Shown: positions 40,453-53,872, counted from the first letter of the stretch. The stretch: 64,000 nucleotides of DNA from Candidatus Latescibacterota bacterium (GCA_965248755.1 OZ252149.1:3232001-3296000); one strand, 5' to 3'. Program-made: numbers and translations. The notes: generated by a model not told the origin, from the sequence alone.

Positions 40453-43400
40453 ATGAGAATGAAAAAGGATCACTTCATACAGATTCTGATTGGCACTTTC
40501 CTTTTGGGCTTTTGGATGTTTGGATTTGTCCCTTCAGTTGACGCTGCAGCGGGCATCATCTCTACCGTGGCAGGAAATGGCACTCCTGAATTTTCCGGTG
40601 ATGGTGGTCCAGCTACCAGTGCGAGCTTGACTTCTCCTCGTGGCGTATTCGTGGATGGATCGGGGGTTATCTATATTGCGGATGTGAACAATCACCGGAT
40701 ACGTAAGGTGGATACGTCGGGCATCATCTCTACCGTGGCAGGAAATGGCACTGCTGGGTTTTCCGGTGATGGTGATCCAGCCACCAGTGCGAGCTTGAGG
40801 GTCCCTCATCGCGTAGTCGTGGATGTATCGGGCAATATCTATATTGCTGATGAGCTCAATCACCGGATACGCAAGGTGGATACGTCTGGCATCATCAATA
40901 CCGTGGCAGGAAATGGCACTGCTGGATTTTCCAGTGATGGAGGTCCAGCTACCACTGCGAGCTTGAATTCTCCTAACGGCGTATTCGTGGATGGACTAGG
41001 CAATATCTATATTGCGGATCAGGGCAATCATCGGATACGCAAGGTGGATACGTCTGGCATCATCTCCACCGTGGCAGGAAATGGCCTTGCTAGTTTTTCC
41101 GGTGATGGTGGTCCAGCCACCAGTGCGCGCTTGAATAATCCTTTTGGCGTATTCGTGGATGGATTAGGCAATATCTATATTGCGGATCTGGACAATCATC
41201 GGATACGTAAGGTGGATACGTCTGGTAACATCTCCACCGTGGCAGGAAACGGCACTGCTACATTTTCCGGTGATGGTGGTCCAGCTACCAGTGCGAGTTT
41301 GAATGATCCTCATGACGTATTCGTGGATGGATTGGGCAATATCTATATTGCGGATAGGGGCAATCACCGGATACGTAAGGTGGATACGTCTGGCATCATC
41401 TCCACCGTGGCAGGAAATGGCCTTGCTAGTTTTTCCGGTGATGGTGGTCCAGCTACCAGTGCGAGCTTGATTTCTCCTGATGGCGTATTCGTGGATGGAT
41501 CGAGCAATATCTATATTGCGGATCTAGGCAATCACCGGATACGTAAGGTGGTGGAGCCTCCTCCTACTGTGACGTCCATTAATCCCACTTCCGGCACGGA
41601 ATTAGGTGGTACGGCTGTAACGATAAGGGGAAACAGTTTCCAGATCGGAGCGACTGTTACTTTCGACGGTAGCACAGCCGATAGTGTAGTCGTAGCGTCT
41701 GATAGCGTTATTACCGCTGTGACTCCCGCTCATGCTGCTGACACTGTTGACGTCATAGTCACAAATCCCAACGGTCTTTCAGATACGCTCTTTAACGAAT
41801 TTGAGTTTATTGCAGTTCCCCCTGTTGTGTCATCTATTGATCCTATTTCTGGTACGGAATTGGGCGGTACGCCTGTGACGATAGTGGGGGGCAATTTCAA
41901 GATCGGAGCGACTGTTGCTTTCGGAGATAGCTCAGCCACAAATGTAGTCGTGGTCTCCGCTGTCACCATTACCGCTGCGACTCCCGCTCATGCTACTGGC
42001 ACTGTGGATGTGGTAGTCACAAATCCCGATGGTTAACCAGACACGCTCTTTATCGGATTTACTTTTCTTCCTCATCCTGCTGTAGCATCTATTGATCCCA
42101 TTTCCGGTACGGAATTGGGAGGTACGCCTCTCACGATAAGGGGGAGCAGTTTCCAGAGCGGAGCGACTGTTGCTTTCGATGGTATCACAGCCGATAGTGT
42201 AGTCGTGGTATCTGATACCGTTATTACTGCCGTGACATCCGCTCACCCTGCCGACACTGTGGACGTGATAGTGACAAATCCCAACGGTCTGGCGGATACG
42301 CTCTTTAGCGGATTTGAATTTATTGCGGTTCCCCCTGTTGTATCATCTATTGATCCTATTTCCGGTACGAAATTGGGCGGGACACCTGTGACGATAAGGG
42401 GGATCAATTTCAAGATCGGAGTGACTGTCGGTTTTGACGATAGCTCAGCTACAAATGTAGTTGTAGTGTCTGATAGCATCATTACCGCTGCGACTCCTGC
42501 TCATCCTTCAGACACTGTGGACGTGATAGTCACAAATCCCGACAGTTTAGCAGATACGCTCTTTAATGGATATACCTTCCTTAATGCGATTCCACTCGCG
42601 AACGCGGGACTTGACCAGATAGTCAACGCAAATGCGGAAGTGGCGCTGGACGGTTCGGGAAGCAGCGACGCGGACGGGGATTCTCTGTCCTTCAACTGGA
42701 TGCAGATAGGTGGGACGGCAGTTTCGCTGTCGAGTGCGACGGCACAAAGGCCAACATTTCTTGCTCCCGCGATGGACTTTGCGGAGATATTCTCTTTCAA
42801 GTTGACTGTGGACGACGGTCTGGATGCGAGTCTCCCGGATACGGTCAACGTAGTCGTGGAGGGAACGGGACCTCCTCCTCCTGTACTGACGCCCGCGGGA
42901 CTTAATGCCCTGGGAGGGGATTCGGAGATACACCTTAGTTGGTCCCCGAACACCCAGGGCATCTTCGATCGCTTCATCGTGTACAGAAGCACAACGAGTG
43001 GCTTTGTTCCCACGCCCTCCGACTCCATAGCTGGCTCCACCACTAACATTTATACGGATGCGCCTCTATCCAACGGGACAAAGTACTACTACCGCGTCGC
43101 GGCGTTGGACTCGCTTGGAGGCAGGAGCGGCCTTTCGGACGAAGCGGATGCAACTCCCCTTGGGTTCACCTACGGAGACGATTTTGCCGATTTGGACGAC
43201 TGGATAATAGGCGAGGGTAGCTGGACTACAGGTTCTGCATTAGGGAGTTCAACAGGAAATGCGACTTTATGGAACAGGCTGAGCTTTGCCGGGGATACGA
43301 GAGTCAGATTTCAGGCTAACACTGTAGCCCCCGACAGCTCTAACATCAACGTTATTATCTATGGGAACGGATCGAGTGCAAACTCAGGATATAAGTTCAT

Positions 43401-46400
43401 ATTCGGAGGGGACGGCAACACCAGCACGAAGATACAGAGGCTCGGGTTCACGCTGGCCGAAAGGAACGACCTCAGGATCGTCCCAGGTGTTGCTTACAAC
43501 ATTCAGGTCGAAAAGGTGGGAAGCACTCTAAGGTTCTATATAAACGACAAGTTAGTTTTGGAGGATACGGATCACTCTCCCCTTGTGGAGACCCGTGTGG
43601 CTCTGAATACCTTCGCCTCGCACGTGCAGTTTAACAATATTCAGATCGCAGGGGATATAGGGACTGTCATAGTATATCCCTTCTTCGACGATATGGAAAG
43701 GGGCCCACGCACCTGGATGCCGGGCGGTACCTGGGCACAGACAACGGAGGACGCCCACAGCGGAAGCGTCAGCTGGACAGACAGCCCCGGCACTTCTTAT
43801 GCAACCAATGCGAGCGTTACCTTAACGTTGCCGATGACATTGGTCGGTGCATCCAGGCCCGAGTTGAGTTTCTGGCACAAGTATAGTCTTGAGCAGGCTA
43901 CCTCCGGCAATCAAGGAGATTTTGGCTATGTGCGCATTTCGTCTGACGCTGGCGCAAAATTTTTCTCTTATTACACGATAACTGGGGCAAGCGATTGGGT
44001 TCAGGAGAAGATAGATCTGACTCCGTGGAGAGGACGGGAGATACTTGTCCAATTCTGGCTCTGGACGGATAGCGATGCCACAGTTGGAGACGGATGGCAT
44101 ATAGACGATGTGAGTGTAGGCGAGACGGAGACACCTCCCTTGGGCGGACTGCCCTTTTTTGACGATGCCAACGACGACACGACCACCAATATGTACTGGC
44201 AATCGTCCACATTCGAGTTGATAGAAAGCGGGAGTTTTGACGGGAGTCAGTACTGGCACTCCAGTCCCAGGACGCAGAATCACAGTGGGCCCGCTGTCTA
44301 CCGTACATTTGCGCGTACGACCTTGGCAAATGAGATAGATTTGAATGGGACGATAAATCCTCAGTTAGTCTTCTGGCATTCTGTCAATCGGTATGGTGCT
44401 ACCTACTATGTTCAGATATCACAGGATGGTGGTCTCAACTGGTCTACTCTGTTTAGTACGACCACTAGTACCGGTTGGACGCAGAAGCAGTTGAATCTGT
44501 CGGGTTACATAAATCAGAAGATACGCATAAGGTTTTATGTATCGAATAGCTATTACACCGATCGCTGGCTTGTGGATAATGTGCGGATCAGGGAGGCTCC
44601 TGTGGATGTTGTGCTTCAGCCACCTGCGTTGATGCTGCCTGTGGACTTAGGACGTCACAATTTCCAGTTGACCTGGAGTAAGACACAAGATCCCAAGTTC
44701 TTGCGTTATGACGTCAGAAGGAACACGACTTCATCTGTGAGTAGGAGCAGCTCTTTGGTCTTTTCCTCTGCTGATCCTTCGGACACAAGTTTTGTAGATA
44801 TTCCGAGTGTTTCCGGGACGTATTACTATCGGGTCTTTTCGGAGGATTCGACCAATGTATTGAGTATAGGCAGCAACACTGTTTCTGGGACAAACACGTC
44901 AGCTGATGTCAGTTCATATCCGTTTTATGACGGTATGGAGGCTGGCTCCGGAAATTGGAATTGGGATCTACCCTGGGGAGTATCAGAGGGGGCAGCATAC
45001 ACCGACAGTCTCGGTTGGAGCGACAGCCCCGGGAAATTCTATGAGCCTAATGCCAGCAAGACCCTTACGCTTCCCATAAACCTACAGGGTTCAAATAAGC
45101 CCGAGTTGAGCTTCTGGCACAAGTATAGCCTTGAGCAGGCTACACCCAGCAATCAGGGGGATTTTGTCTACGTTCGCATTTCGTCTGATGGCGGGGCCAA
45201 CTTTTACCCTTATTATACGGAGACTGGGTCGAGCGATTGGGTCCATGAGAAGATAGACCTGACTCCCTGGAGGGGTCTGGTGGTCCTTGTTCAATTCTGG
45301 CTGTGGGCGGATGGAGATGCCGCAGTTGGGGACGGATGGTTCATAGACAATATAAGGATAGATGAGACGACCACCGGTCCCCTGGGCGGGATACCATTTT
45401 TTGACGATGTGAACGACGACACGACCACGAATATGTACTGGCAATCGTCCACATTCGAGTTGATAGAAGGCGGGAGCTTTGACGGGAGTCAGTACTGGCA
45501 CTCCAGTCCCAGGACTCAGAATCACAGTGGCTCCAGTGTCTACCGCACATTTGCGCGTATAACCTTGGCCAATGAGATAGATTTGACTGGTACACGAAAT
45601 CCTCAGTTAGTCTTCTGGCATTCTATCAATCGCTACGGCGCTACCTATTACGTGCAGATCTCACAGGACAACGGTGTCAATTGGTCTACTTTGTTTAGTT
45701 CGACCACAAGTACCGGCTGGACACAGCAGCAGTTAAATCTGTCAGGCTATATCAATCAGCAGGTACGCATAAGGTTTTATGTATCAAATAGCTATTACAC
45801 CGACCGCTGGATTGTGGACAATATATGGGTCAGGGAGGCCCCTGTGGATGTTGTTTTACAGGATCCTACGGAGATAGACCGCCATAGTCTCAGGATGACC
45901 TGGAGCAAGTCCCCAGATCCAAAGTTTCTGCGTTATGAGGTCAGAAGAAATACGAGTTCATCTGTAAGCAGGAGCAATACTTTGGCCTTTTCCTCGGTAG
46001 ATCCTTCGGACACCAGTTTCGTGGATGCGGTCACAGTTTCCGGAACGAACTATTATCGGGTCTTTGTTGTGGATTCGACCAATGTGGTCAGCTTGGGCAG
46101 TAACGTTGTCTCGGGGACAAACTTACTTGCCAGTCAGAGTTCGTATCCGCTTTACGACGGTATGGAGGAGGGTCCTTTCAATTGGAATTGGGATCTTCCC
46201 TGGGAGGTATCAAGTGAAGCTGCATACAGGGACAGCTTGGGCTGGAGCGACAGCCCCGGGAGATCCTACGCGACCAATGCCAGCAAGACTCTTACGCTTT
46301 CGATGAATCTTTCGCTATCCAACAAGCCACAGTTGAGCTTCTGGCACAAGTATAGTCTTGAGCAGGCTACACCCAGCAATCAGGGAGATTTTGGCTATGT

Positions 46401-49400
46401 GCGTATCTCTTCAGACGCTGGGGCAAACTTTTACCCTTATTACACGATAACTGGGGCAAGCGATTGGGTTCAGGAGAAGATAGATCTGACTCCGTGGAGG
46501 GGGCGGGAGATACTCGTGCAATTCTGGCTCAGGGCAGATAGCGATGCCACAGTTGGAAACGGATGGTTCATAGACGATATAAGGATAGATGAGACTACCA
46601 CAGGCCCGTTGGGAGGGCTGCCGTTCTTGGACGATGTGAACGACGACACGACCACAAATATGTACTGGCAATCGTCCACATTCGAATTGATAGAAAGCGG
46701 GAGTCATGATGGGAGTCAGTATTGGCACTCCAGTCCCAGGACTCAGAATCACAGTGGGTCGGGTTTCTACCGCACATTTGCACGTATGACGTTAGCCAAT
46801 GAGATAGATTTAACAGGGGCGCAGAACCCTCAGTTAGTCTTTAGGCATTCTATCAATCGCTATGGTGCAACCTACTATGTTCAGATATCGCAGGACGGGG
46901 GTCTCAATTGGGCTACTTTATTTAGCACTACGACCAGTACGGCTTGGGCGGAGAAGAAGCTGAGTTTGGCCGGTTACATAAATCAGAAGATACGAGTAAG
47001 GTTTTATATTTCCAACAGCTATTACACTGATCGCTGGCTTATAGATAATATACAGGTCAGGGAAGATCCTGCGGCTACGGCTATTGTGGATTTTGCAACG
47101 GTAGATTTCCCGAATGTTGCTTCCGCTGCGGTCGGGAACCCCACCGGAAGGATTTAGGGATCTGTCTTTGAGCCGGGGATAACCGACGCTACCGGCCAGG
47201 GTGCGGGCTTGATGGCTCAGTTGGGCTACGGTCCAGAGGGTGTCCAGCCGAGAGATTCCTCCTGGACATGGCCCGTAACGGCCACTTACCTGGGCGATTC
47301 GGGGAACAGAGATGTCTATTTCGGAATCTTGAACGTCGGGACTTTAGGCACCTTCGATTTCGCCTTCAGGTTCTCCATAAACGGCGGAGTCAACTGGATC
47401 TTTGCCGATACGGACGGGAACGACATAGGCTCTGGAGGGACGAACGGATACCGTGTAAATAAGGCCGGAAAGCTCGTAGTCACCGAGCGGCCGGAAATAT
47501 CTGTGAACGTGTCTGAGTTGGTTTTATCGCTGCCTGAGAACCTGACGGGCAACAGGGCGTTCGGGATCGAGAATAGTGGCGTCGGGTCGCTTGTGCTGAC
47601 CATAAGCGAGGCAGATACTCTGCCGCCCACGCCTACAGACGTGACGTGGATCTCCGTTGCGAGCAATCTGATAGTAAACGCCAATGAGAGGAAGAGCCTG
47701 GTGGTGACGTTCGATGCCACGGGAATGACCTCAGGCTCGATAGACACCGCTTATGTGGTGCTGGATACAAACGATCCTGATGAACCCAGGATCATAATCA
47801 GGGTGATACTCAGGGTCCTGGATCCCAGCGTTACACAGCTTGTGGGCCTCGTAAAAGATGTCTTTGGCCGTCCCGTGTCTCAATTGTCCGGTACCCTCGG
47901 TTCTGCTTTTGTGCCCTTCGCCACCATTCAGGTGTTCGACAGCGGCAGCCTAATTGCCGAGACGGCGGCAGGGGACGACGGGCTCTATGCGTTCTACGGC
48001 TTATCTACAGGTAATTACGACCTGAGAGCGTACGCCGATGGCTTCTTCCCGAGCCTTACAAAAGACCAGGTTGTTCCGGCCGCCGGGGCGAATATTACTA
48101 TGCATGGAGTCCATAAGATTGCACCCACCAGCCAGTGGGTCGACTTCTGGAGTCCGAACTCCTTCTATGGCGGCCAACCGATACAGAACGGCGACGTTGT
48201 ATCTGTCCGCGACCCTGACGGTGTGGTCGCTGGCACCTTTACCGTAAGGGCGGACAGTTCATACGGTTTCATGCCGGTCTACAGGGATGACATTACCACG
48301 CCTGAGGACGAGGGAGCAGAGCCCGGAGACACATTGAGCTTTTACGTCAACGACTTTATAGCGACAGTCGTGTCCGGTGACCCAGTGTGGAGGGCAGACG
48401 GGGCTATAGAGCAAGTCGATCTTTCCGCCGCAGAGCGGGATACGATGACATTAAGGAGCGGATTCAACCTTATTTCGTTCAACGTAGATCCCCCGGACAA
48501 GTCCGTGTCGGCGGTCCTTTCGACGATAGACGGCAAGTTCAATTTGGTCAGGGGCTTCGTAGGATCAGGACGAACCTACGTTCCGGGTATGGATCTGTTC
48601 AACACGTTGACCTCTATGGACGGTCTGCACGGATACTGGGTCAAGATGGATACGACGGCTCTTCTGACCGTAGAGGGCCAGAAGATATACGACGATACGT
48701 TCCTTTCTCTTGCAGGGGGGTGGAACTCTCTAAGCTATCTCCCTGAGACTCCTGATTCCACAGAGTCGGCGCTGTCTTCGATAATAGGTCTAATAGGAGT
48801 GGTTAGCGGGTTCGAGGATGGCGCTATGACGTTTGTCCCCGGAAGCCCGTTCAACGATCTTACTCTTATGAAAAATAACCTCGGATATTTCATAAGGACG
48901 ATAGCGCCTACTGCTCTCAACTATCGGATCAAAGGTGCTCCCTCGGCGAAGTTTCTTCCCGGTCCGGATATTATAGCATATCAACCTGAGGGAGTCAACC
49001 CCCGATTAAATCTCTCGGGGGTGAACCCCACCGTCTGGTGGTCTGACTACTACGGATCTGTAACTATGAACGGATCCGATCTTCCCGCAGGGTCCATTAT
49101 AGAGGCCTACGATCCTGATGGGGTAAAGGCTGGAGAGTTTGTGATTGACAATGACGGTCTCTTCGGCTTTATGCCTGTCTACGGCGACGATCCGAGCACA
49201 TCGATAGACGAAGGAGCAGAGCCCGGAGATGTCATAAGCTTCTATTTTGATGGGCGTTTGATTGCAAAGACGGACGGTGAGAAAGTGAGATGGTTTTCAG
49301 GGGGCGAGATAAACAGGCTCGACATAGTCTTTGAAAGCGCCGGCCATGCTCTCGGCGAATCGGGGGCACCCAGGGAATACGACCTCTATCAGAACTTCCC

Positions 49401-49650
49401 GAATCCGTTCAATCCGGAGACGACTATAGAATACGAGGTTCCCAAAGCAGGCGAGGTGGCGATTGCAGTCTATAGCGTGTCGGGACAGGAGATAAAAGTG
49501 CTTGTTGATGAACAAAAGGAAGCCGGATTCTACTCGGCTGTATGGAACGGCCGGGACAGCAAAGGTAGGGTAGCAGCCAGCGGGGTCTATGTCTACAAGA
49601 TGGAAGCCGGGGAATTTACGAAGGTCCGCAAAATGATACTCATCAAGTAA
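40453..49650 (+). pseudogene. Giant (~3,065-codon) secreted multidomain protein with two in-frame stops: NHL repeats, 4 IPT/TIG, PKD, FN3, lectin-like, 3 large MAM/adhesin-like repeats, FlgD-Ig-type C-terminal domain
   Basis: ORFs 40453-42036, 42115-47157 and 47209-49650 share one frame; TAA 42034-36 lies inside an IPT repeat; TAG at 47155-57; a single signal peptide and a single C-terminal domain. Confidence 0.85.
40549..41550 (+). repeat. Six coding 168-bp (56-aa) NHL tandem repeats
   Basis: GIISTVAGNG..GDGGPATSASL..P.GVFVD..IYIAD..NHRIRKVD repeated. Confidence 0.92.
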
Positions 49651-49879
49651 GTAGCCCCCGATTGAATCTATCGGGGGTGACAGGGCATCTCTGCTTCTTC
49701 TTGACTACTGTCTACGAGATTGCTTCGCTTCGCTCGCATTGACAATGACACTGTTTGGCTTTTGCCTTCAGTAGGACAGACAGGAATGTCTGTCCTACCA
49801 ACCACCCGGTGGGTCAGACATTCCTGTCTGACGAAGCAATCTCACCTGTCTACTGACTACCGTATTTGAAAGGTCCAAT

Positions 49880-51472
49880 ATGCGTCTTTTTACAGCTTCT
49901 ATCGTGATTATAGCTTTTCTTGTTCCCTTATCGTCGTCCGCCGATGATTTTGCAAAGACGGACAGGTGGACGGACTACTTCAGCGACAACAGCAATGTAG
50001 CTACGTCTCCCATCTCCGTAGGATCGGTCATCGAGGCGCTCGATCCGGACAGTGTTCTCTGCGGACGCTTTGTAGTGGTGCAGGAGGGATTCTACGGCTT
50101 TTTGCACGTCTACGGGGATGATCCTACGACTCCCGACATAGATGAGGGAGCGGTCGATGGCGATCCCATCAGCTTTTACGTAAACGGTGAATTTGCCGGT
50201 GCCACACCGCCTGAAAGTGCGTGGGGGGTTGGTAATCCGGGGGGAATATTCCAGGTGGATCTTCCTTCAGGGGGAGGTGTGCGAGTGTTTCCCGACTCTC
50301 TGGACTTCGGAGACGTGACAGAGAGCGATTCTCTGGATTTGAACCTGATTATATCCAACTTGGGAACAGAAGACCGTTCCTTAGACAGTCTGGTCCTCTT
50401 GCCATCTCCTTTTTCTATCGTCTCACTATCCCCTGCAGTTCCGGGTGTCCTACCTCCTGGCGGAAGCGTAACTGCCAGAATAAGGTTTAAGCCGCCTGAT
50501 CCGGGCGTATTTGCTTCTGTGATTAGGGTTCACAGCGATGACCCGGTGTCTCCCGTGTTGGATGTGGAGCTTAAGGGAAGGGGACTGGTCAGGCTTGGAG
50601 ATGTCAGCCACAACAACAGAGTGACAGCGTTCGATGCCTCTTTAGTCTTGAGGCATGCAGTGGGGTCTTTGTTCCTTGCGGAACGGGACTCTATAGCGGC
50701 AGATGTCACGGGCAAAGGAGGGATAAGCTCGCTCGATGCGGCCTATATACTAAGGTTTGTAGTCGGTCTTATAGACAGGTTTCCTGTGGAAGAGGGAGGT
50801 GTAGTCAAGCCCCTCTTTTGGGTTAAATCAATCGGCCTCGGTGAATCTGAAAAAGACGGCAAGAGCGTTTCGATCCCTATTATCATAGACGATATGGAGG
50901 GGATATTGGGCGCGGAGATTTCGGTATCGTTGGACGGGACAGCTTTCAGGTTTTTAGAAGTGGTAAAGGGCGACTTAGGTGGTGAATTTTTGATGGAGAG
51001 CCGTGTAGATGACGGCAACATCAAGATAGCCTTTGCAGGGCCTTGGTCATTAGAGGGTAGGAGAGTTATAGCGTGGATAACGGTGGAAGACCAGAATGAC
51101 GAGCACGACATAAGTGGAATATCTTTATCTGGCGCCCGTTTCAACGAAGGAGATATAGAGGTTCATCTTCTGCTTTATGAAGGGATGCTTCCTTATGAGC
51201 ATAGACTATCTCAGAACTATCCCAATCCTTTCAACCCCCAGACAACAATTCGCTATGATCTTACGGAATCTGGCAGAGTGCGTCTTTACGTTTACAATAC
51301 AGATGGACAGAGGATAAGAACACTGATAGAGGAGAATCAAGGAGTGGGCGGGCATTCTGTCATATGGGACGGGAAGGATGAAAAAGGCAACAAAGTCGCA
51401 AGCGGGGTCTACATCTACAGATTAGTCTTGGAGGGCTTCGAAGCTTCCGGGAAGATGATCCTCCTTCGTTGA
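49880..51472 (+). CDS. Secreted protein with Ig-like, dockerin, cohesin-like and FlgD-Ig C-terminal domains
   Basis: Signal peptide; GDVSHNNRVTAFDA..ADVTGKGGISSLDA; QNYPNPFNP. Confidence 0.8.
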   Translation: MRLFTASIVIIAFLVPLSSSADDFAKTDRWTDYFSDNSNVATSPISVGSVIEALDPDSVLCGRFVVVQEGFYGFLHVYGDDPTTPDIDEGAVDGDPISFYVNGEFAGATPPESAWGVGNPGGIFQVDLPSGGGVRVFPDSLDFGDVTESDSLDLNLIISNLGTEDRSLDSLVLLPSPFSIVSLSPAVPGVLPPGGSVTARIRFKPPDPGVFASVIRVHSDDPVSPVLDVELKGRGLVRLGDVSHNNRVTAFDASLVLRHAVGSLFLAERDSIAADVTGKGGISSLDAAYILRFVVGLIDRFPVEEGGVVKPLFWVKSIGLGESEKDGKSVSIPIIIDDMEGILGAEISVSLDGTAFRFLEVVKGDLGGEFLMESRVDDGNIKIAFAGPWSLEGRRVIAWITVEDQNDEHDISGISLSGARFNEGDIEVHLLLYEGMLPYEHRLSQNYPNPFNPQTTIRYDLTESGRVRLYVYNTDGQRIRTLIEENQGVGGHSVIWDGKDEKGNKVASGVYIYRLVLEGFEASGKMILLR

Positions 51473-51505
51473 CGCCCGATAGATTCAATCAGGGGTTGAC
51501 TTGAG

Positions 51506-52294
51506 CTACCATTTAAGGAATTTCCTGAGCCTTCTGGAGTGCGCGCGGCTCAAGGGGATGCGGGACTTCTCCTTATCGGACATCTTGAGCTGATGTGTGC
51601 CGCTAAACCAGGGTATGATCTCTTCTATTTTATTTATGTTGGCAATGTAACTTCTGTGCACCCTCCAGAACTTGGTCGGATCCAGGGCTGATTCGAGTTC
51701 GTCCAGAGTCCGATAGCCTGTTGTCCCTTCTCCATCCTCGGTAACAGCGTTCACTATTCCATCCAGAACTTGGGTATAGATGATCTTATCCACGTCTATT
51801 ACCCTAAGATGTCCCCCCATATTTACGGACAGCCGCGGGAGGTAATGACTCTTCAGGGATAAGGCCTCCTTATCCCTCAGTGAGTTGACAAGACTATTGA
51901 TCTTTTCGGCCATGTAGTCTATTTGGCCCATCTGGTCCTTGACCCTCCCTATGGATTGCTGGAGTCTTTCCTTGTCCACTATGGGCTTTAAAAGATAGTC
52001 TATAGCGTTGACTTCGAAGGCTTTCAGGGCGTATTCGTCGTAGGCTGTGACGAAGATTACATAGGGCGCGTCCTTGGAAAGCTCCAATTCCTCCGCCACA
52101 CTCAATCCGTTACCACCAGGCATCTGGATGTCCAGAAATACCAGATCGGGCTGGAGTTCCCGGATAAGTTCAAATGTCTCGATCCCGTTGGTAGCCTGTC
52201 CCACGACCTTAATATCGGGGATGGACTTGAGGAGATAGCAGAGTTCGTCCCTTGCTAACTTCTCATCATCGACTACTATCGTCCTTATCTCCAA
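51506..52294 (-). CDS. LytTR-family response regulator
   Basis: DDE, FLDIQMP, AIDYLLKP, FWRVHRSY. Confidence 0.95.
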   Translation of the reverse strand: MEIRTIVVDDEKLARDELCYLLKSIPDIKVVGQATNGIETFELIRELQPDLVFLDIQMPGGNGLSVAEELELSKDAPYVIFVTAYDEYALKAFEVNAIDYLLKPIVDKERLQQSIGRVKDQMGQIDYMAEKINSLVNSLRDKEALSLKSHYLPRLSVNMGGHLRVIDVDKIIYTQVLDGIVNAVTEDGEGTTGYRTLDELESALDPTKFWRVHRSYIANINKIEEIIPWFSGTHQLKMSDKEKSRIPLSRAHSRRLRKFLKW

Positions 52295-53666
52295 CGCTCA
52301 TCATCTCCTGGTTATATTCAACTTTCCCTTTATGCTCCGGAACCCACATTACCACCTGCGTTCCGGCTCCCTTTCGGCTTAGCACCTCCAGCTGGCACTC
52401 CTCCCCGAAGGCGACCTTGAGTCTCTCATTAACGTTGCTGATACCGATTCCCGTCTTTAGGATTCTGGACAATCTCTTCTCGGAGATCCCGGGTCCATTG
52501 TCTTCTATGGAGATGACCACCCTTCCATTTTCTCTCCATGCGGAGATCTTTATCGTTCCCCCCTCAATTTTGGGCGATATTCCGTATTTTACGGAGTTTT
52601 CCACGATAGGCTGGAGAGCCATAGTCGGTATGACGGCGTCTAAGACGTCCGGTTGGATCGCCTTTACGACCCTCAGCTTATCACCTCCGAACCTTATAGT
52701 TTCTATGTCCAGATAGGCATCTATTAAGTCTAATTCCTCCTTGAGAGGCACGAAGTCTTTGTCAGATTTTAGGATCCTTCTGAGTATACTTGAGAGTTTA
52801 AGGACTATAAGGCGTGCTGCTTGGGGGTTTGACCTTATAGAAGACGCGATGGAATTGAGCGTGTTGAAGAGAAAATGCGGGTTGATCTGATTCTTGAGGG
52901 CTTCGAATCTGGCTTCCATAATCAGCACTGCCTGCGCAGAAGTCAGGGCCTTTTGCTGTTCCAGCAGGAGTTCCCACCGGGAACTATTCCATATATTAAG
53001 GGAGACACCCAGACACGAAACAGTGGTCAACAGAACGCACAGGATGATAGGAAGGTCATTACCGAAAGTTGAGAAGCTGAAGAGCAGATCGTCCCCGTAG
53101 CCGCTTATAGACATCCTCAAAAGTTCGAGGAATACGCAGGATGCAAAGATGGTGAGTGTCCGATCCACGGTCTTAAAGCCCGACTTCAAGAATTTCCAGA
53201 GCTTGCCGGACACCAAAGGGGAAAAGTTCCATATCTCTTCTTTATCGTCGCTGAATTCCCTTATAGCGCCACCTGTAAGTCCGCAAAGGATGCCCATCGG
53301 GATGGCCAAAATCTCAGTTGACCCCGCTCCGATGAGGGGCGGAAGGAAAGCCGCCACAAGTCCTGCCGCACAGCCCGCTGCAACTCCTGACCACAATCCG
53401 GCCATAAGGCCGATCAGAAGGGTCCCAACCAGGCTCAGATCTCCGGACTGATAGCCGACCACGATCCTGACTCCTACCCCGAAGGCTAAAAGGACGCTCA
53501 ACAGGCCTGTAAACTTAAGCTGATCCCTGAGGCTCTTGTTCTCCTTAAAGAGTATCCGTTTAAACCACTGCATCTTCAGAAGCGCCCCGGCTAAACTAGC
53601 TATTACGCCTATTCTCAGAAGCAGTGTCACCAGTAACAACTGATCTGGACTTAATCCTGTCTCCAT
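52266..53666 (-). CDS. LytS/YehU-family sensor histidine kinase
   Basis: QINPHFLFNTLN, QPIVENS, DNGPG, GIGISNV; TM N-terminus. Confidence 0.95.
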   Translation of the reverse strand: METGLSPDQLLLVTLLLRIGVIASLAGALLKMQWFKRILFKENKSLRDQLKFTGLLSVLLAFGVGVRIVVGYQSGDLSLVGTLLIGLMAGLWSGVAAGCAAGLVAAFLPPLIGAGSTEILAIPMGILCGLTGGAIREFSDDKEEIWNFSPLVSGKLWKFLKSGFKTVDRTLTIFASCVFLELLRMSISGYGDDLLFSFSTFGNDLPIILCVLLTTVSCLGVSLNIWNSSRWELLLEQQKALTSAQAVLIMEARFEALKNQINPHFLFNTLNSIASSIRSNPQAARLIVLKLSSILRRILKSDKDFVPLKEELDLIDAYLDIETIRFGGDKLRVVKAIQPDVLDAVIPTMALQPIVENSVKYGISPKIEGGTIKISAWRENGRVVISIEDNGPGISEKRLSRILKTGIGISNVNERLKVAFGEECQLEVLSRKGAGTQVVMWVPEHKGKVEYNQEMMSVGDKDDSSR

Positions 53667-53872
53667 AGTTGTCCTTGAAGAGAAAATGGAAGTCTTATTA
53701 TGTCTTATACATTGACCTGTCGTAGCTTATACCACAGTAAGCAACGTATTATAATAGTGCATCGTGCCTGAAAAGTCAAGTACAAAAGAAAAAAGGGGAA
53801 AATCAAAAACATCTCTTGACTTATCAGGTCAAAAGATATAAATTCTATCAACTTCAAAAACTGAATATTGTC

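Noticed and set aside
40549..41550. Regular 168-bp repeats as a CRISPR array
   Set aside because: They are in-frame coding NHL repeats with no unique spacers and no cas genes
43670..47065. Near-identical repeats as a diversity-generating retroelement template/variable pair
   Set aside because: No reverse transcriptase; differences are not adenine-specific; all copies are coding
42034..47157. Stop-codon reassignment or readthrough (pyrrolysine, selenocysteine)
   Set aside because: Internal stops across the window include TAA, TAG and TGA plus frameshifts, and intact genes terminate with all three codons
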